Assembly (NCBI RefSeq): GCF_006345805.1
Contig: NC_043021.1
Span: forward strand, 2,046,001 to 2,110,000
Source of the DNA: Octopus sinensis
Taxonomy: Eukaryota
DNA: 64,000 nucleotides
Direction: 5' to 3'
How positions within the stretch are numbered: position 1 is the first letter of the stretch; every line of letters begins with the position of its first letter. Under the pieces are notes generated by a model, which ran no database searches, was not told where the DNA came from, and saw nothing but the letters and a program-made list of their open reading frames with translations. Made by a program: the position numbers and the translations under genes. Below are positions 40,051 through 50,859 of the stretch, piece after piece.

Positions 40051-40589
40051 GCCAGTTCACCTTGCTACCAAATCACATATTTTCAAGGACAGGGTATTTG
40101 AGGCTGGTTTCACCCTTTAGCATTGAAACTGGACATATCTGGTTAGAATATTCTACCTGCCTTGCTTGCATCTTACTGCCACCGGCACAGATGCCAGTAA
40201 GGCGACGTTGGTAATGATCACATTCGAATGGTGAAGTAGTGTAAATTAATAAGCATTACATTTGACAGAGTATTCAGAATGGTAAAGGGTTAATCAGTTT
40301 CTTTAATTTACCTTTTGCTACTTACATGATCACACACACGGTATTTCTGTATTCCACTGTTCAAATACAATATTTATGGACATTTTCCAGAGTTGTTATT
40401 ATAAACATTTATATACATTTTCACCCACCATAATATCTCTTGTGCTGTGACACTTTCCATTATTTCACCATCTAATCCACCCACCATTGCTGGATTAACA
40501 GTTAAGCAAAATAAGCCGTGCTTAGGACATCAAGGAAAAGGGGGAGGGGACACCACAGAAATGGTAAATGGTTTACTGCACAAAAGAAA

Positions 40590-41127
40590 TCACTTTAAAG
40601 TTGCTAAAATAATATTCGGGATGCCTTTATCTCTACTAAGTATAGATGCAGATGTGTTACCTAAGATTAATTTTGAGGATCTGATCAAAGACTTTGCAAT
40701 TCAGAAAAGTAGGAGGAAACTTTTCAAATCTGAATAAAATTGGAAGTAGACAAAAATAAACATTATCATTTTCCATTATTTACATTTGACGGATATTTGT
40801 CCTCATCTTGTTTGTTGTTAACATAACGTTTCGGCTGATATACTCTCCAGCCTGATATACCTTCAGGCTGGAAGGTATATCAGCTGAAACGTGTTAACAA
40901 CAAACAAGATGAGGACAAATAACCGTCAAATTTAAATAATGCACATAATTCCTCATCTCTTAACTGTATTAATATTTTCCATTTTACTGTTATTTTCTTT
41001 TTTCATTTTGAAAAATATAAATTTATTTGATGGTTTATTATTGTTCATATATTTTGTATAACATATATATGAGGGTACCAAAATCTTTTAAGTGCTTATG
41101 GCCTCTACGGGTCTTGATGAGGCCCTG
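40590..41127 (+). mobile_element. hAT transposon 3' remnant (C-terminal dimerisation motif and right end)
   Basis: Translation LSLLSIDADVLPKINFEDLIKDFAIQKSRRKLF resembles the hAT C-terminus; ends ...gaggccctg (CAG-type terminus). Confidence 0.65.
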
Positions 41128-41260
41128 CACTCCCCTTAACACCCCTCATGTTGTGACTCCTTTCACTATTTCACCATCTACACTACTACATTAACGTCTC
41201 TTCCACTGTGACTCCTCCCACCACAGCCACTGTTGACCAAACCATGATATTCTTTTGCAG

Positions 41261-41337
41261 CTGGGAGCTTCCGGTCCAGAAGGATTAAAGACAATTCTAC
41301 ACAGTGATGTTAACGCTGAGAAGAAGCTTCAGGACAG
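41261..41337 (+). CDS. METTL14: METTL14 exon 2 (LGASGPEGLKTILHSDVNAEKKLQD)
   Basis: ttttgcAG / GTAAGA; starts LGA as in vertebrates; ends in phase 2. Confidence 0.88.
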
Positions 41338-41503
41338 GTAAGACCTCTACTAATCACTGCCCGCTTAATCCATTAGCATTTAACCCTTTTGTTACCAATC
41401 CAGCTGAAACTGGTCCTGGCTCTGAGTACAAATGTCTTGTTTCCATAAGTTTTGAATTAAAGTCTTCCACCAAACCTTAGTCACAATTTATGTTCCTAAC
41501 ATT

Positions 41504-42346
41504 GGTTGGCATCCTTTTTGTCTCGGGAGACAATGGAGTTGTGCATAAAATAGTCCAGTCTGGCTTTTACATTTCATGTCCTGATACATTTCCTGCTGTG
41601 GCTGTGTAGTCCTATCCTGGACAAACACTCCCTCTGGCAGGTACCGCAAATGTAGCGAAGACTGTCCCTGGCTGGTTGTAATGCCATAGTTTCTTGTTGA
41701 CGTCTCTTCTTGTCTTTCCATTTCTCCTCCCTCTCTCTGTCACTCCTTTGTATTCCCTCTCTTACGGTACGTTGCCGGCAACTGCTTCCCAACTGCTAAT
41801 ATTGATGTTGCAGGCCTTCATGTCCCTTTTGCAAACATCCTTGTAACGTAAGAATGGTCTTCCCACAGACCTAGTACCCCTAGCAAGCTCTCCGTAGAGT
41901 ATGTCCTTGGGGATTCCGCCATCTTTCATACGGCTAACATGCCCAAGCCATCTCATACGTCTTTGTGTGAGGAGTGCAAACATGCTTGGTATTCCTGCTT
42001 GCTTGAGGACATCTTTGTTGGGGATATGATTCTGCCATTTGATGCGGAGGATTTTCCGGAGGCAGCGCAGGTGAAAGATGTTTAGGCGACGCTCTTGGCG
42101 TGTGTATAGCGTCCAAGTCTCACTTCCATACAGTAGAGTGCTAAGTACACATGCCTGGTAGATCTTCATTTTCGTGGTCTTGGTCCGCTTATTGTTGTCC
42201 CATGCCCGTTTGGAGAGTTGGGCCATCACAGCAGCTGCCTTGCCAATGCGTATATTGAGCTCAGCGTCAAGGGATAGGTTGTAGGTGACGGTAGAGCCAA
42301 GATAGGTAAACTTCTCCACCTCTTGTAATCTGTGGTCTCCAATATG
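41504..42346 (-). mobile_element. 5'-truncated RTE (BovB-like) LINE, RT C-terminus plus terminal Zn-finger-like motif
   Basis: FTYLGS, KIYQACVLSTLLYGSETW, RRMRWLGHVSRM, GRPFLRYKDVCKRDMK, C..C.R.CLSRIGLHSH. 15-bp target duplication tatgttcctaacatt at 41489-41503 and 42347-42361. Confidence 0.93.
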
Positions 42347-43551
42347 TATGTTCCTAACATTAGCTGAATGATAACTAAGTTATTTTACTAAATTCTTTGT
42401 TATATTTAAAATAATTGAAAGAAACACAGAATATCTCAAAATAAATATGGTATCGAAAAGGTTAACAAATAATTAATTTGATTCTTTCGTTACCTACCCG
42501 GCTAAAACTGGTTCTGGCTCTGAGTACAAATGTCTTGTTTCCATAAGTTTTGAATTAAAATCTTCCACCAAACCATAGTCACAATTTATGTTCCTAACGC
42601 CACCTTAATGATAACCAAGTCATTTTACTAAATCCTTTGCGATATCTAAAATAATTGAAACCCAGAGCATCTTCTTTCCCTGTTAGCACAATGGGTTAGA
42701 TGCATATATTATTGAGGGATTGATTTTCTTGCTGGATGCTCTTCCTGTCTCTAACCCTTTGACTGCAGTCATACTAGGGTACTGCCTTGAAGAATTTTAG
42801 TTGAAGGATTTGACCCCAATGGAACTGAACCTGTGGTTGGGAAGCAAACTTTCTACTACACAGCCATGCCTGCACCTATATATGTGTGTATATATATATG
42901 TATATATATATAATAGACCTTTATATAAATAAATAACGTGAAATACACGAAGGGACGAACAAAAAAACAAACGGGTCATTCAAAGCCTTCATTCTTCAGT
43001 CAGAAACTGATCCCTCATCGCAGATTTCGGCTGTTTAATTCTGAGATCTGCTCTGAATCAGCCAGCCACAGAAGGAAAGAATGCAACGCAACAGAGACGA
43101 ACATGAAACGAAAAATCTTTTTTGGGGACAGTAACGGTTAAAAACATGGATGACACAGGCGCCCTACGGCTTTGAGACAAACAGGGAGACACAAAAACAA
43201 TATCAATATATATATAAATAGTGTGTGTGTATATATGTATATACACACAATGTCAATACACAGGTGTATTTAAGGCACAGATTTAACCATCTCGCTACAG
43301 TCAAAAATTGTGAAGCATGACTGTCACCACTACTACATGAACCGGAAGATTGCAGAATTCATTCAATCAGAATGAACATTTAACATTCTATTATTTTATT
43401 TTATTTTATTATCTTATCTTATATCATTATAAGATTGTAAATAAAACATGAAAATCAGACAAGGTTGGAATTCCTTTTATTAATATGTATATATATATAT
43501 AGTGTGTGTGTATATATATATAGTGTGTGTGTATATATATGTATGTATGTG

Positions 43552-43585
<34 letters not shown>

Positions 43586-43693
43586 ATATATATATAGTGC
43601 GTGTGTATATATATATATATATAGTGTGTGTCCATATATTGTTTAGATCTTTGGTGTTTCTTGATTCTTAATGTATTAATTTTGTTCCTGAAG

Positions 43694-43781
43694 CGCCAGC
43701 GGGAGCAGCAGTTTGAACTATCCTTCCCGTCTCACTACATCCAGCGAAACTTCTGTAGCATTGGACAACAACAAGAACAAG
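43694..43781 (+). CDS. METTL14: METTL14 exon 3 (SASGSSSLNYPSRLTTSSETSVALDNNKNK), low-complexity
   Basis: ttttgttcctgaAG / GTGAGA; 88 nt, phase 2 to 0, the only candidate seen that joins exons 2 and 4 in frame. Confidence 0.75.
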
Positions 43782-44225
43782 GTGAGAAGATAATTAACTA
43801 CTTAAATAGATTTATAAACGATGTGGCATAATTAAACATTTAAATAAATTTTATAACGATATGGGATATCAAATATGTAATCTTTCGTCTGTCCAAACCG
43901 TTTTCGTAAGTTCATTCTAAACGTCCCTTTTTTTTTTTCCCCAGACTTTTAGTTTTTGGAGGTTGATATGGTTTAACCAATGGATAATATGCATTTGAAC
44001 TGTGTGTTACATAGATTTATTTGTGTGGCGTTAGACGATTGGCAAATGGTAAATTATTAATAAAATATCTAAATAAGAACTGCTGTCAGCACCACCACCA
44101 CCACCACCAGTACTACTACCATTACCGCCATCCCCACCATCACCACAACTACTACTACCACCACCACCATCATTGTCTGTAAACCCATAAGCTTTGTATA
44201 ACTTTTCTTCTTTTTTTTTCTTTAG

Positions 44226-44291
44226 ACTTTTGATGATATTGATGAATATGAGCCTGAAGAAATCTACACCGATTCCAGTACATTTCTGAAG
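44226..44291 (+). CDS. METTL14: METTL14 exon 4 (TFDDIDEYEPEEIYTDSSTFLK)
   Basis: Poly-T acceptor, GTAAGT donor; conserved EEIY.DSSTFLK. Confidence 0.93.
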
Positions 44292-46617
44292 GTAAGTTCT
44301 ATGTCTGCTGTGGAATTTAGACAAATATTTTTTTACACACGGAAGTCAAATTAATTTTTGTGGTCATCTTAGTTGTAATATAGTTATGTCTGGTATATAT
44401 ATATATATATTTATATCATCATCATCACATATATATATACCGGACATAACTATATTACAACTAAGATGACCACAAAAATTAATTTGACTTATATATATAT
44501 ATATATGTATATATGTGTGTGTGTCTGGGGTTAAGGCGTGGTAGCTAATTGAATGTTTTTTTTTTCCTTATATTTTTAAATTAGTTCAAATATGTTTGTG
44601 ATAGTGATATTCTTCACAAAATAGGATAGAAAAATATACAGAAAAAAAAAGGAATCCTATAAAAAGCATTTGTGCTGGTACCATATAAAAATTTATTCTG
44701 TACACTTTATGGAGTGGTTGGCATTAAGAAGGGCATCCAACCATAGAAACCATGCCAGAAAAGACAATGGAGCCTGGTGTAGCCCCTGTCCTTGCCAGCT
44801 GTGACCAGACCATCTAATCCATGCTAGCATCGAAAACAGGTGTTAAATTATGATGATGATAATGATGATGATGTTTGCTGAGCAGTAATTGTGTTCTAAT
44901 CTTTTAACATCTAAAACTGTCGTATCCAGCCCAAATATTTTATCTGCTTTATGTTTCAAAGCAGCCTGCTCTGACCTCTCACGTATACCCTACAATGTTG
45001 TTCTGAAAAAGCAACAAACGTGTTATTGAACTCTCAAAGCTATGAGATAATGGCATGATTAATTCAAAGCAATCAATATGAATAAATAAGCATTACATTT
45101 GACAGAGTAATCTGAAAGCTACAGGATTAAAGCAGCCATATCTGGCTCGAATACTCTATCTGCTTTGAAACTGGCTGGATCCGGCCTCTTGCACCTTCCC
45201 TCAAATGTCATTCTAAAAACACACAATCACATCATTGAAAGCTAAGAGATAATGCAGGACTAATTAAAATATATGTGAATAAATACACTTTGCATTTGAT
45301 AGAGTAATTTAAATGCTAACGGGTTAAGCAAACTTTTTAATCAGTTCAAATGTTTGTGATAGATTTGAAACTGTAAAAAGGCCATTTTTCACTGTGGTTT
45401 ATCATGGAGAAAACTGTTGCTTTAGGCCAGAGGTTCTTAACGAGGGGCCATATGACCCTTCAGGGTCCATGGGCAAGAAATTGCTTGTTTCTATAATTCA
45501 CGAAACATTTTCATAATTTTTTAAACAATTCCTAATGATGTTTAATTAAAAACGGAAAGAATAGAAGTTTTAAACATCGACTGATTATGGCGGAACCACC
45601 TGAGTAAAATAGGAATGAAAAGGCCCCGAAGGAAAAAAGAATGGTTGAAAACTACTGCTTTGGGCAATAGATGTAAAATCCCTGTCAGTGCATTCTTCAT
45701 GTTAAAAGTTCTTCCAAATGTTTGTAAAATTAATTGCAATTTCTCCCATTACTCTGCAATTCTGTGGACGAAATCGCTTGTGTTGAGGTGTATAGCTGTG
45801 TGGTTAAGTAGTTTCTTTCCAAACCACATAGTTTCAGGTTCAGTCCCACTGTGTGGTAACCCAGGCTAGTGCATTTGACTATGGCTCTGAGCCAACAAAA
45901 GCCTTGTGAGTGGATATCATAGATGGAAATTGTAAGAAGCCCATCGTATTTATGTGTGTGTGTGTGTGTCTTTGTCCTGATATCTGATAGTTGTAAACAA
46001 ATGTCACCGTTCATACAAGTTGTGACATGGGATGAGGTGGGGAAGCATGTTGTTGGGTCTTAGAGAAGCGATGGCTAATGACTGAGACCCTTTGCAGAAC
46101 TTGAGAAGATAGGTGGAGCTAAGTGAAATTGTAGTCCTGGCCAGTGTCAGTGACGTGTAAAAGGCACCCAACTGCACTGTGAAATGAGTGGTGTTAGGAA
46201 GGGCAACCAGCTGTAGAAACCAAGCCAAAATCAGACTGGAACTTAGAGCAGCTCTCTGGTTTACCGGTTCCAGTCAAACCATTCATCTCATGTCAGCATG
46301 GGAAATGGATGCTAAATGATGGTGATATGGGCTTCTTTCAGTTTCCGTCTAACCCATGCCAGCATGGAAAACAGATGTTAAATGATGATGATATGGGCTT
46401 CTTTCAGTTTCCGTATCTTGAATCCACTGATATTAGCCCAAAGTCCAAGGTGTCCACACAGTGGGATTGAACTCAAAATGATAGAGTTAGGAAGCATACT
46501 TTTGCCACACACCCACCTCTGCACCCACATCTACCCTTGTTAACGTTTGTGATTATAAAATACTTCCTGGGTGGTTTGTTTATTATTTTATTTTTATTTT
46601 TTGTTTCCTCTCTGCAG

Positions 46618-46705
46618 GGGACACAAAGTGCTAACCCTCACAATGATTACTGCCAGCATTTTGTCGACACTGGTGAGCGACCCCAGAACTTCATCCGAGA
46701 TGTTG
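46618..46705 (+). CDS. METTL14: METTL14 exon 5 ([29 protein letters not shown])
   Basis: 88 nt, canonical splice sites, hallmark [14 protein letters not shown]. Confidence 0.98.
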
Positions 46706-46918
46706 GTAAGATTTAAGGCTCTAGTTTTTTTTTTAACCTTTATAACATTGATCCCCACAACACTTTGCTATATATTTGTGTGTATATATATATACACTGA
46801 AACTACACTTGATTATACATAGACTTTAGATGAGTTGTAGTGCACCTGAGCACTGTACACAATTATTATTATTATTATTATTATATATAGATAGATAAAT
46901 AGATAGATATATCTGTAG

Positions 46919-46959
<41 letters not shown>

Positions 46960-47036
46960 GATAGATAGATAGATATATGTAGATAGATAGATATATATGT
47001 AGATATTTAAGCTTCTGTGGAATTCCTTTTTTGCAG

Positions 47037-47127
47037 GATTGGCCAACAGATTTGAAGAATATCCGAAATTGCGGGAACTGATCCGACTTAAAGACAGTTT
47101 AATTGGGAAGTCAAACACTCCTCCGAT
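47037..47127 (+). CDS. METTL14: METTL14 exon 6 ([31 protein letters not shown])
   Basis: 91 nt, canonical splice sites, hallmark [12 protein letters not shown]. Confidence 0.98.
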
Positions 47128-47249
47128 GTAAGTGGTGTTTTGTTTCGTATTTGAGGCAGTTTGTGATGTAGTAGGTAACCACTACAACAGGACAGGCCAC
47201 TGCCTGTCCTGTTGTAGTTTTTTACAGGGTGTGACCATTGTACACACAA

Positions 47250-47480
47250 ACACACACTCACGCACACACACTCATGCACACACATTCATGTGCACACCTT
47301 CACGCACACATATGCACTCACATTCATGTATACACCCATGCACACATACATACACTAACACACACACACTCTCATGCACTCACCCTCACACACGTTCACG
47401 CACGCACATACTCACATACACACACTCACGCACACACCCATGCACACACTCACTCAGACACACACTCACACACACACATT
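47250..47480 (+). repeat. Degenerate (CA)-rich microsatellite in METTL14 intron 6
   Basis: ~230 nt of imperfect CACA/CACG/CACT directly before the exon 7 pyrimidine tract. Confidence 0.9.
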
Positions 47481-47528
47481 TGCTCACCCTTCCCCCGTCC
47501 TTTTCATTTCTGTTTCCACCCTGTTTAG

Positions 47529-47667
47529 GTACCTCGCTTGTGATTTGGAGACATTTGACTTCAACGACTTGGACTGCAAATTTGACGTCATATTGATCGA
47601 ACCACCTTTGGAAGAATACCAGAGATCTCATGGAGTCGTCCACGACAAATACTGGAGCTGGGACGAG
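47529..47667 (+). CDS. METTL14: METTL14 exon 7 with the degenerate catalytic EPPL motif
   Basis: YLACDLETFDFNDLDCKFDVILIEPPLEEYQR...WSWDE. EPPL (versus DPPW in METTL3) identifies METTL14. Confidence 0.98.
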
Positions 47668-47720
47668 GTGAACGGTTTTTACTTCTTTTACATTTTCTTT
47701 AAATATTAAAATATTTTTGG

Positions 47721-47817
47721 TTCTGTATTTAAGAGATGAGGAATTATGGCATATGGCGTAGTGGTTAAGAGCATGGCCTACTAATCCCAAGATTCCGAGT
47801 TCAATTTTTGGCAGTGA

Positions 47818-47856
<39 letters not shown>

Positions 47857-48080
47857 TAGTAATAATAATAATGATAATAATAATGATAGTAATAATATCA
47901 ACAACAGCATTGAAAAATACCTTAGGAATGAGAACCCAGGTTCGAAATTTCCCCCTAGACACCTGATGAAGGGTGGAGGGGTATATCAGCTGAAATGTTG
48001 TGGTAACAACAAACAAGATGAGGACAAATATCCATCAAATGTAAATAATGTACATAATTCCTCTTTTCTTAAATATAGAA
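47721..48080 (+). mobile_element. tRNA-headed repeat with (AAT)n spacer and Penelope-like 3' tail containing a hammerhead-ribozyme motif; 28-bp inverted termini
   Basis: A-box TGGCGTAGTGG 47754-47764, B-box-like GAGTTCAATTT 47797-47807, CTGATGA 47963-47969, GAAA 47992-47995. Termini 47721-47748 and 48053-48080 are inverted (3 mismatches). Confidence 0.75.
47958..48004 (+). ncRNA. Degenerate minimal type-I hammerhead ribozyme motif
   Basis: GACAC-CUGAUGA-A-GGGUG(loop)CAGCU-GAAAU-GUU^-GUGGU. Core nucleotides intact; stems I and II partly mismatched in this copy. Confidence 0.6.
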
Positions 48081-48362
48081 CTGTATTATATATACATATA
48101 TATACATATATATAATTACGAATGAAATTGAAGCAAAAAATGAATGGATACGGAATGGGTTTGACCCCACCAACCACATTCATTCAACTAAAAATTCTTC
48201 AAGACAGTACCCCAGTATGGCCACAGTCTAATGACTGAAACCAGTGAAAGATGAACGATATCTATACCCTTTCCACCCCCATCTTACATACACACACGTT
48301 CATGATTATGTACTTAAAGAACATTGCTCTTAATTTTTTTTTTTTTTGTGTGTGTGTATCAG

Positions 48363-48455
48363 ATTGAACGCCTGGACATTCCAGCAGTGGCTGCCCAACG
48401 GTCATTCTTGTGGATATGGTGTGGCAATGCCGAAGGTTTGGAACGAGGAAGAACA
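48363..48455 (+). CDS. METTL14: METTL14 exon 8 (IERLDIPAVAAQRSFLWIWCGNAEGLERGRT)
   Basis: 93 nt, AG/GTAAGT, MT-A70 fold sequence. Confidence 0.97.
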
Positions 48456-48717
48456 GTAAGTATTTTTATAATGATTTAAAAAATGTGTGTCATTGGTGGT
48501 AGGGTGCTAAGAAAAAGGATTGGTTTCTGGTTGCTTCTATACAAAATAAGCTATTGGCGTGATTGTAATGTTCTTGTGGAGGTCCTTCCAGGAGATACAC
48601 AGAATGGTGCCTACTGCTTGTCTGTAGAAAGGATGCTAAGCATTAACCTGGTCTTCATCGATTTTGGAGGTTGCGGCTAAGGTTAGTAGCTCTGCGAATT
48701 AAAACCATTTCATACAA

Positions 48718-49594
48718 CCACATTTTCCAGCTCACAAGTCAATATAGTATATTAAGCCGGGTGTGTAAGCATTCCAAAAACCTCGTCTGCATCTTTCCAA
48801 ATTCTGCTGCATTCCACATGGAATTTTTGGTCCTCCAAACTCATCTCGGTGTGCAAATCAGCCTCCCTTTTTTGGTTGTAAATTTTTATCTGAAAAAATT
48901 TGGCTCATCTACCAGAATATACAATGCATATTCTTTCAGCTGCATATTCTCTCAACCCTTATCTACCATATCTTCCAGTATACAAGTTGATGTGGTGTAT
49001 AATGTAAACATTCAAACAGTTTTTGCTTCCTTTCCAAATCCTTCTGCATTTCACATGGATATTTTGGTCCACCAAAGTTGTCTTGGTGTTTTAATTCAAC
49101 TCCAGCACTTTTGCTTGTGAATCTTAGTTTGAAAAATTTGGCTTCTATGCCAGAATACACACCATATCTTCCAGCATACAAACTGATGTGATGTATAGTG
49201 TAAATATTGAAACATCATCTCCATCTTTCCAAATCCTGTTGTATTTTGCACAGGATTTTTGGTTCTCCAAAATTGTCTTGGTTTATAAGTCAAACTACCT
49301 TTTTTTTGGTTGTAAATTTTGGTCTGAAAAATTTTGGCTCATATACCAGAATATACAATGCATATTCTTTCATATGCATATTCTCTCAACCCTTATCTTC
49401 CATATCTTCCAGTATACAAGTTCGAGTGGTGTATAATGTAAACATTCAAACAGTTTTTGCTTTCTTTCCAAATCCTTCTGCATTTCACGTTGAAGTGTTG
49501 GTTCTTCAAAGTTGTCTTGGAGTATAAGTCGACTTTGCTTTCTTGGCTGTAAATTTTGGTCTGAAAAATTTGACTTGTAGACTGGAAAATCTGG
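48718..49594. mobile_element. Non-autonomous TIR element (Tc1/pogo-like ends) filled with ~200-240-bp tandem units
   Basis: TIR ccacattttccagctcacaagtcaa versus reverse complement of ttgacttgtagactggaaaatctgg (21/25). Internal anchor ttccaaatccttctgcatt recurs about four times. Confidence 0.7.
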
Positions 49595-50233
49595 CAAGCA
49601 AGCATCAACAGGAAGCAAGACACAAGACATCTGTCATGGACAAAGGTGGCCATTCCTTGCTTTGGAGCTTGTCAGCATTCATTGGTCATTGTCCAAACAC
49701 AGAAGTCTGGTGTAGTCTTCTGCCTGGCCAGCTCCTGTCAAACCGTCCAACCCATGCCAGCATGGAAGGCAAACTTTAAATGATGGTGATAGTGGTGATG
49801 ATTATATATATGTATATAAGGCGGTGAGCTGGCAGAAACGTTAGCACGCCGGGCGAAATGCGTAGCCGTATTTCGTCTGCTGTTACGTTCTGAGTTCAAA
49901 TTCCGTCGAGGTCGACGTTGCCTTTCATCCTTTCGGGATCGATAAATTAAGTACCAATTATGCACTGGGGTCGATATAATTGACTTAATCCGTTTGTCTG
50001 TCCTTGTTTGTCCTCTCTGTGTTTAGCCCCTTGTGGGTAGTAAAGAAATAGATATATATATCTGTATTTGAGAAAGCGATCTGCTTGTTATTCTTAGCAT
50101 ATCAAGTGACCTCTGTAGAAGCCTTTCATTTTGGCACTCCTGTATCAACGTAAAATTAAAGAACTGACAAATTGCCACAGCTGTGCTTGTGTGACTTTGA
50201 TGCCATCAACAATGTGTTTCTTGTCTGTTGCAG

Positions 50234-50350
50234 TGCCTGAAACGGTGGGGGTTTCGAAGATGTGAAGACATTTGTTGGGTTAAAACGAATATAAAAAACC
50301 CAGGACACAACAAGAACTTACAACCCAACGCTACTTTCCAGAGGACCAAG
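50234..50350 (+). CDS. METTL14: METTL14 exon 9 ([19 protein letters not shown]...FQRTK)
   Basis: 117 nt, CAG/GTAAAC, hallmark [14 protein letters not shown]. Confidence 0.98.
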
Positions 50351-50859
50351 GTAAACTTGGGTTTGCTCTTTGGGGTTTTTTGGAGTTTTTTTTTCGTTTT
50401 GGATATTTTATTATTTGTACACAATATCTGTGTTTGTGTGGGCCAATATGGGTCATGACTAAGGGGTTGCTAAGCACTGGGGGCTCCTTTAACTCAGAGA
50501 AGGCTAAAGCCTGGAGTTAAAAATTAAAGAAATATATTTAGGTGCAGGGTGTGGTTGTGTGGTAAGAAGTTTGCTTGCCAACCACATGGTTCTGGGTTCA
50601 GTCCCACTGCATGGTGCCTTTGGCAAGTGTCTTCTATAGCCCCTAGCCGTGTAAAGCCATGTGAGGGGATTTGGTAGATGGAAACTGAAAGAAGCCTGTC
50701 GTATATTTGTGAGTGTGTGTTTCTTTGTGTTTGTCACCCCCCCCCCCATTTTACCACCAAAGTTGGTTTGTTTACTTCCCTGTAATTAAAGTGCTTTGGC
50801 AAAAGAGACTGATGGAAAAGTTCCAGGCTTGAAAAGATATGTGCTGGGGCCGATTTGTT

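Noticed and set aside
47750-47815. tRNA gene
   Set aside because: A and B boxes are present but the acceptor stem is not closed and it runs into a repeat body; it is a SINE head. The same applies to 61956-62030.
43465-47910. ORFs rich in H/T, I/Y or L/I (e.g. 43465-43671, 46813-47118, 47132-47596, 47386-47910)
   Set aside because: Translations of (CA)n, (AT)n and (AAT)n microsatellites.
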